DNA of 64,000 nucleotides, taken from assembly GCA_029717555.1 (NCBI GenBank), contig JAMDHS010000025.1, positions 124,001-188,000 of the forward strand. The letters run 5' to 3'. Origin of the DNA: Peribolospora baueri. Its lineage: Eukaryota. Positions 63,178 through 64,000 of this stretch are shown here, in pieces. The notes below the pieces were generated by a model, which was not told the origin of the DNA, searched no databases, and was given only the letters and a program-made list of their open reading frames with translations. Position 1 is the stretch's first letter; each line of letters starts with the position of its first letter. A program made the translations under genes and the position numbers.

Positions 63178-64000
63178 GGGACAGGTGCTCTCTCAACGTT
63201 GGACAGCGAGGCGGCTTGCGCACGAAGGGGACTGGCGCGGCGGAGATGGTGGCGAGGAGCGTGGTTGCGAGAAGGAAGGATACAAGGGAAACGACGCAAA
63301 GGAACCTTATTTTGGCTGTTCTCCATCCGTGTGGGATGAGCTTACGGTCCGTCGGGCGGCTTGACAGGTGGGCTGGAATGGGTGATCACGACCAGCGTGA
63401 AGGGAAGAAAGAAGAGAAGCAGATGAGCGTGGAGTGAAGGGAGAGAAGAAAGAGAAATGGACGCAAATGCGAAGAAGGGGGAGGAGAGAAGACGGATCAA
63501 CCTGGGGGAGGACAGATAGAGGTAAGGCGTGAGAGATGCCGAGGAGGCCCTCTTTATGGAGAAGGGTAGTGCGAGGTCGAAGCTGTCTGGAGGTCGCTGT
63601 GCGCGTAGCTCAAGCAGATCACGACCAGTTGAACTCAATCAGTATTGGAGCACTTCGCCTTAGCAGCCAGGGACCACGAAACGGCAAGTAAAGTACATCT
63701 GGCCCATCAGATTGTAGAGTTTCAGAAGGAACCGGATGTCACAAGTGAGACGGAGCGAGCGCACACCGTCGTTAAGGGGTCGTGGGACCGTGAGCGGTTT
63801 TCGCTACGCGTTCATACCTCGCCAGGATTATCTGGACTGTCTGGAATTCGTTTGAGCTCTGCAGACATGAGGCGTGACCATAATACAAGGCTCAGAAAAC
63901 AACACAATGGTTGCCAAGCCGCAGCGCAGGCGTAGCCGACGGAGTTGTTCGAGTGGTGGTGCTTGAGTGGTGGTAGTCGAGCCGTGGCCGAGGCCTAAGG

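Overview
This window is gene-dense, GC-rich, intron-rich fungal nuclear DNA. The short GT-AG introns (GTGAG/GTAAG/GTGCG donors, CTRAC/CTCAC branch points) and the protein content point to a basidiomycete yeast-like fungus; a Ustilaginomycotina-type lineage is my guess, not proven. I reconstructed 23 protein-coding genes by hand, nearly all spliced: a bHLH TF, CSN2, a CRAL-TRIO protein, an intronless ankyrin protein, a Sec7-PH Arf-GEF, L-2-hydroxyglutarate dehydrogenase, IWS1, an RPN14-like WD40 protein, a HAD hydrolase, an orphan mitochondrial-type protein, NHA1, a Tim17-like protein, GST-kappa, HSP78, levoglucosan/anhydro-sugar kinase, a GRE2-like reductase, BUD31, SCP2, CCP1, THR4, ATM1, a PhyH-family dioxygenase, EFM7 and MPC1. 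There is also a possible orphan transcript at the right end. I saw no tRNA, rRNA, CRISPR array or transposon, and no clearly new biological system. The best leads are: (1) an AnmK/levoglucosan kinase next to a GRE2/ARI1-type aldehyde reductase; (2) an intronless ankyrin gene that looks actinobacterial; (3) a Sec7 gene whose frame runs 453 codons with no ATG; (4) an identical telobox-like 12-mer, GTAACCCTAGCC, paired with CACGTG upstream of two mitochondrial genes, plus recurrent CACGTG pairs in promoters; (5) a 7-nt microexon controlling the PTS1-like tail of SCP2, GC-AG introns, frequent AAG acceptors and minimal uORFs. All homology calls come from recognising motifs, not from database searches.
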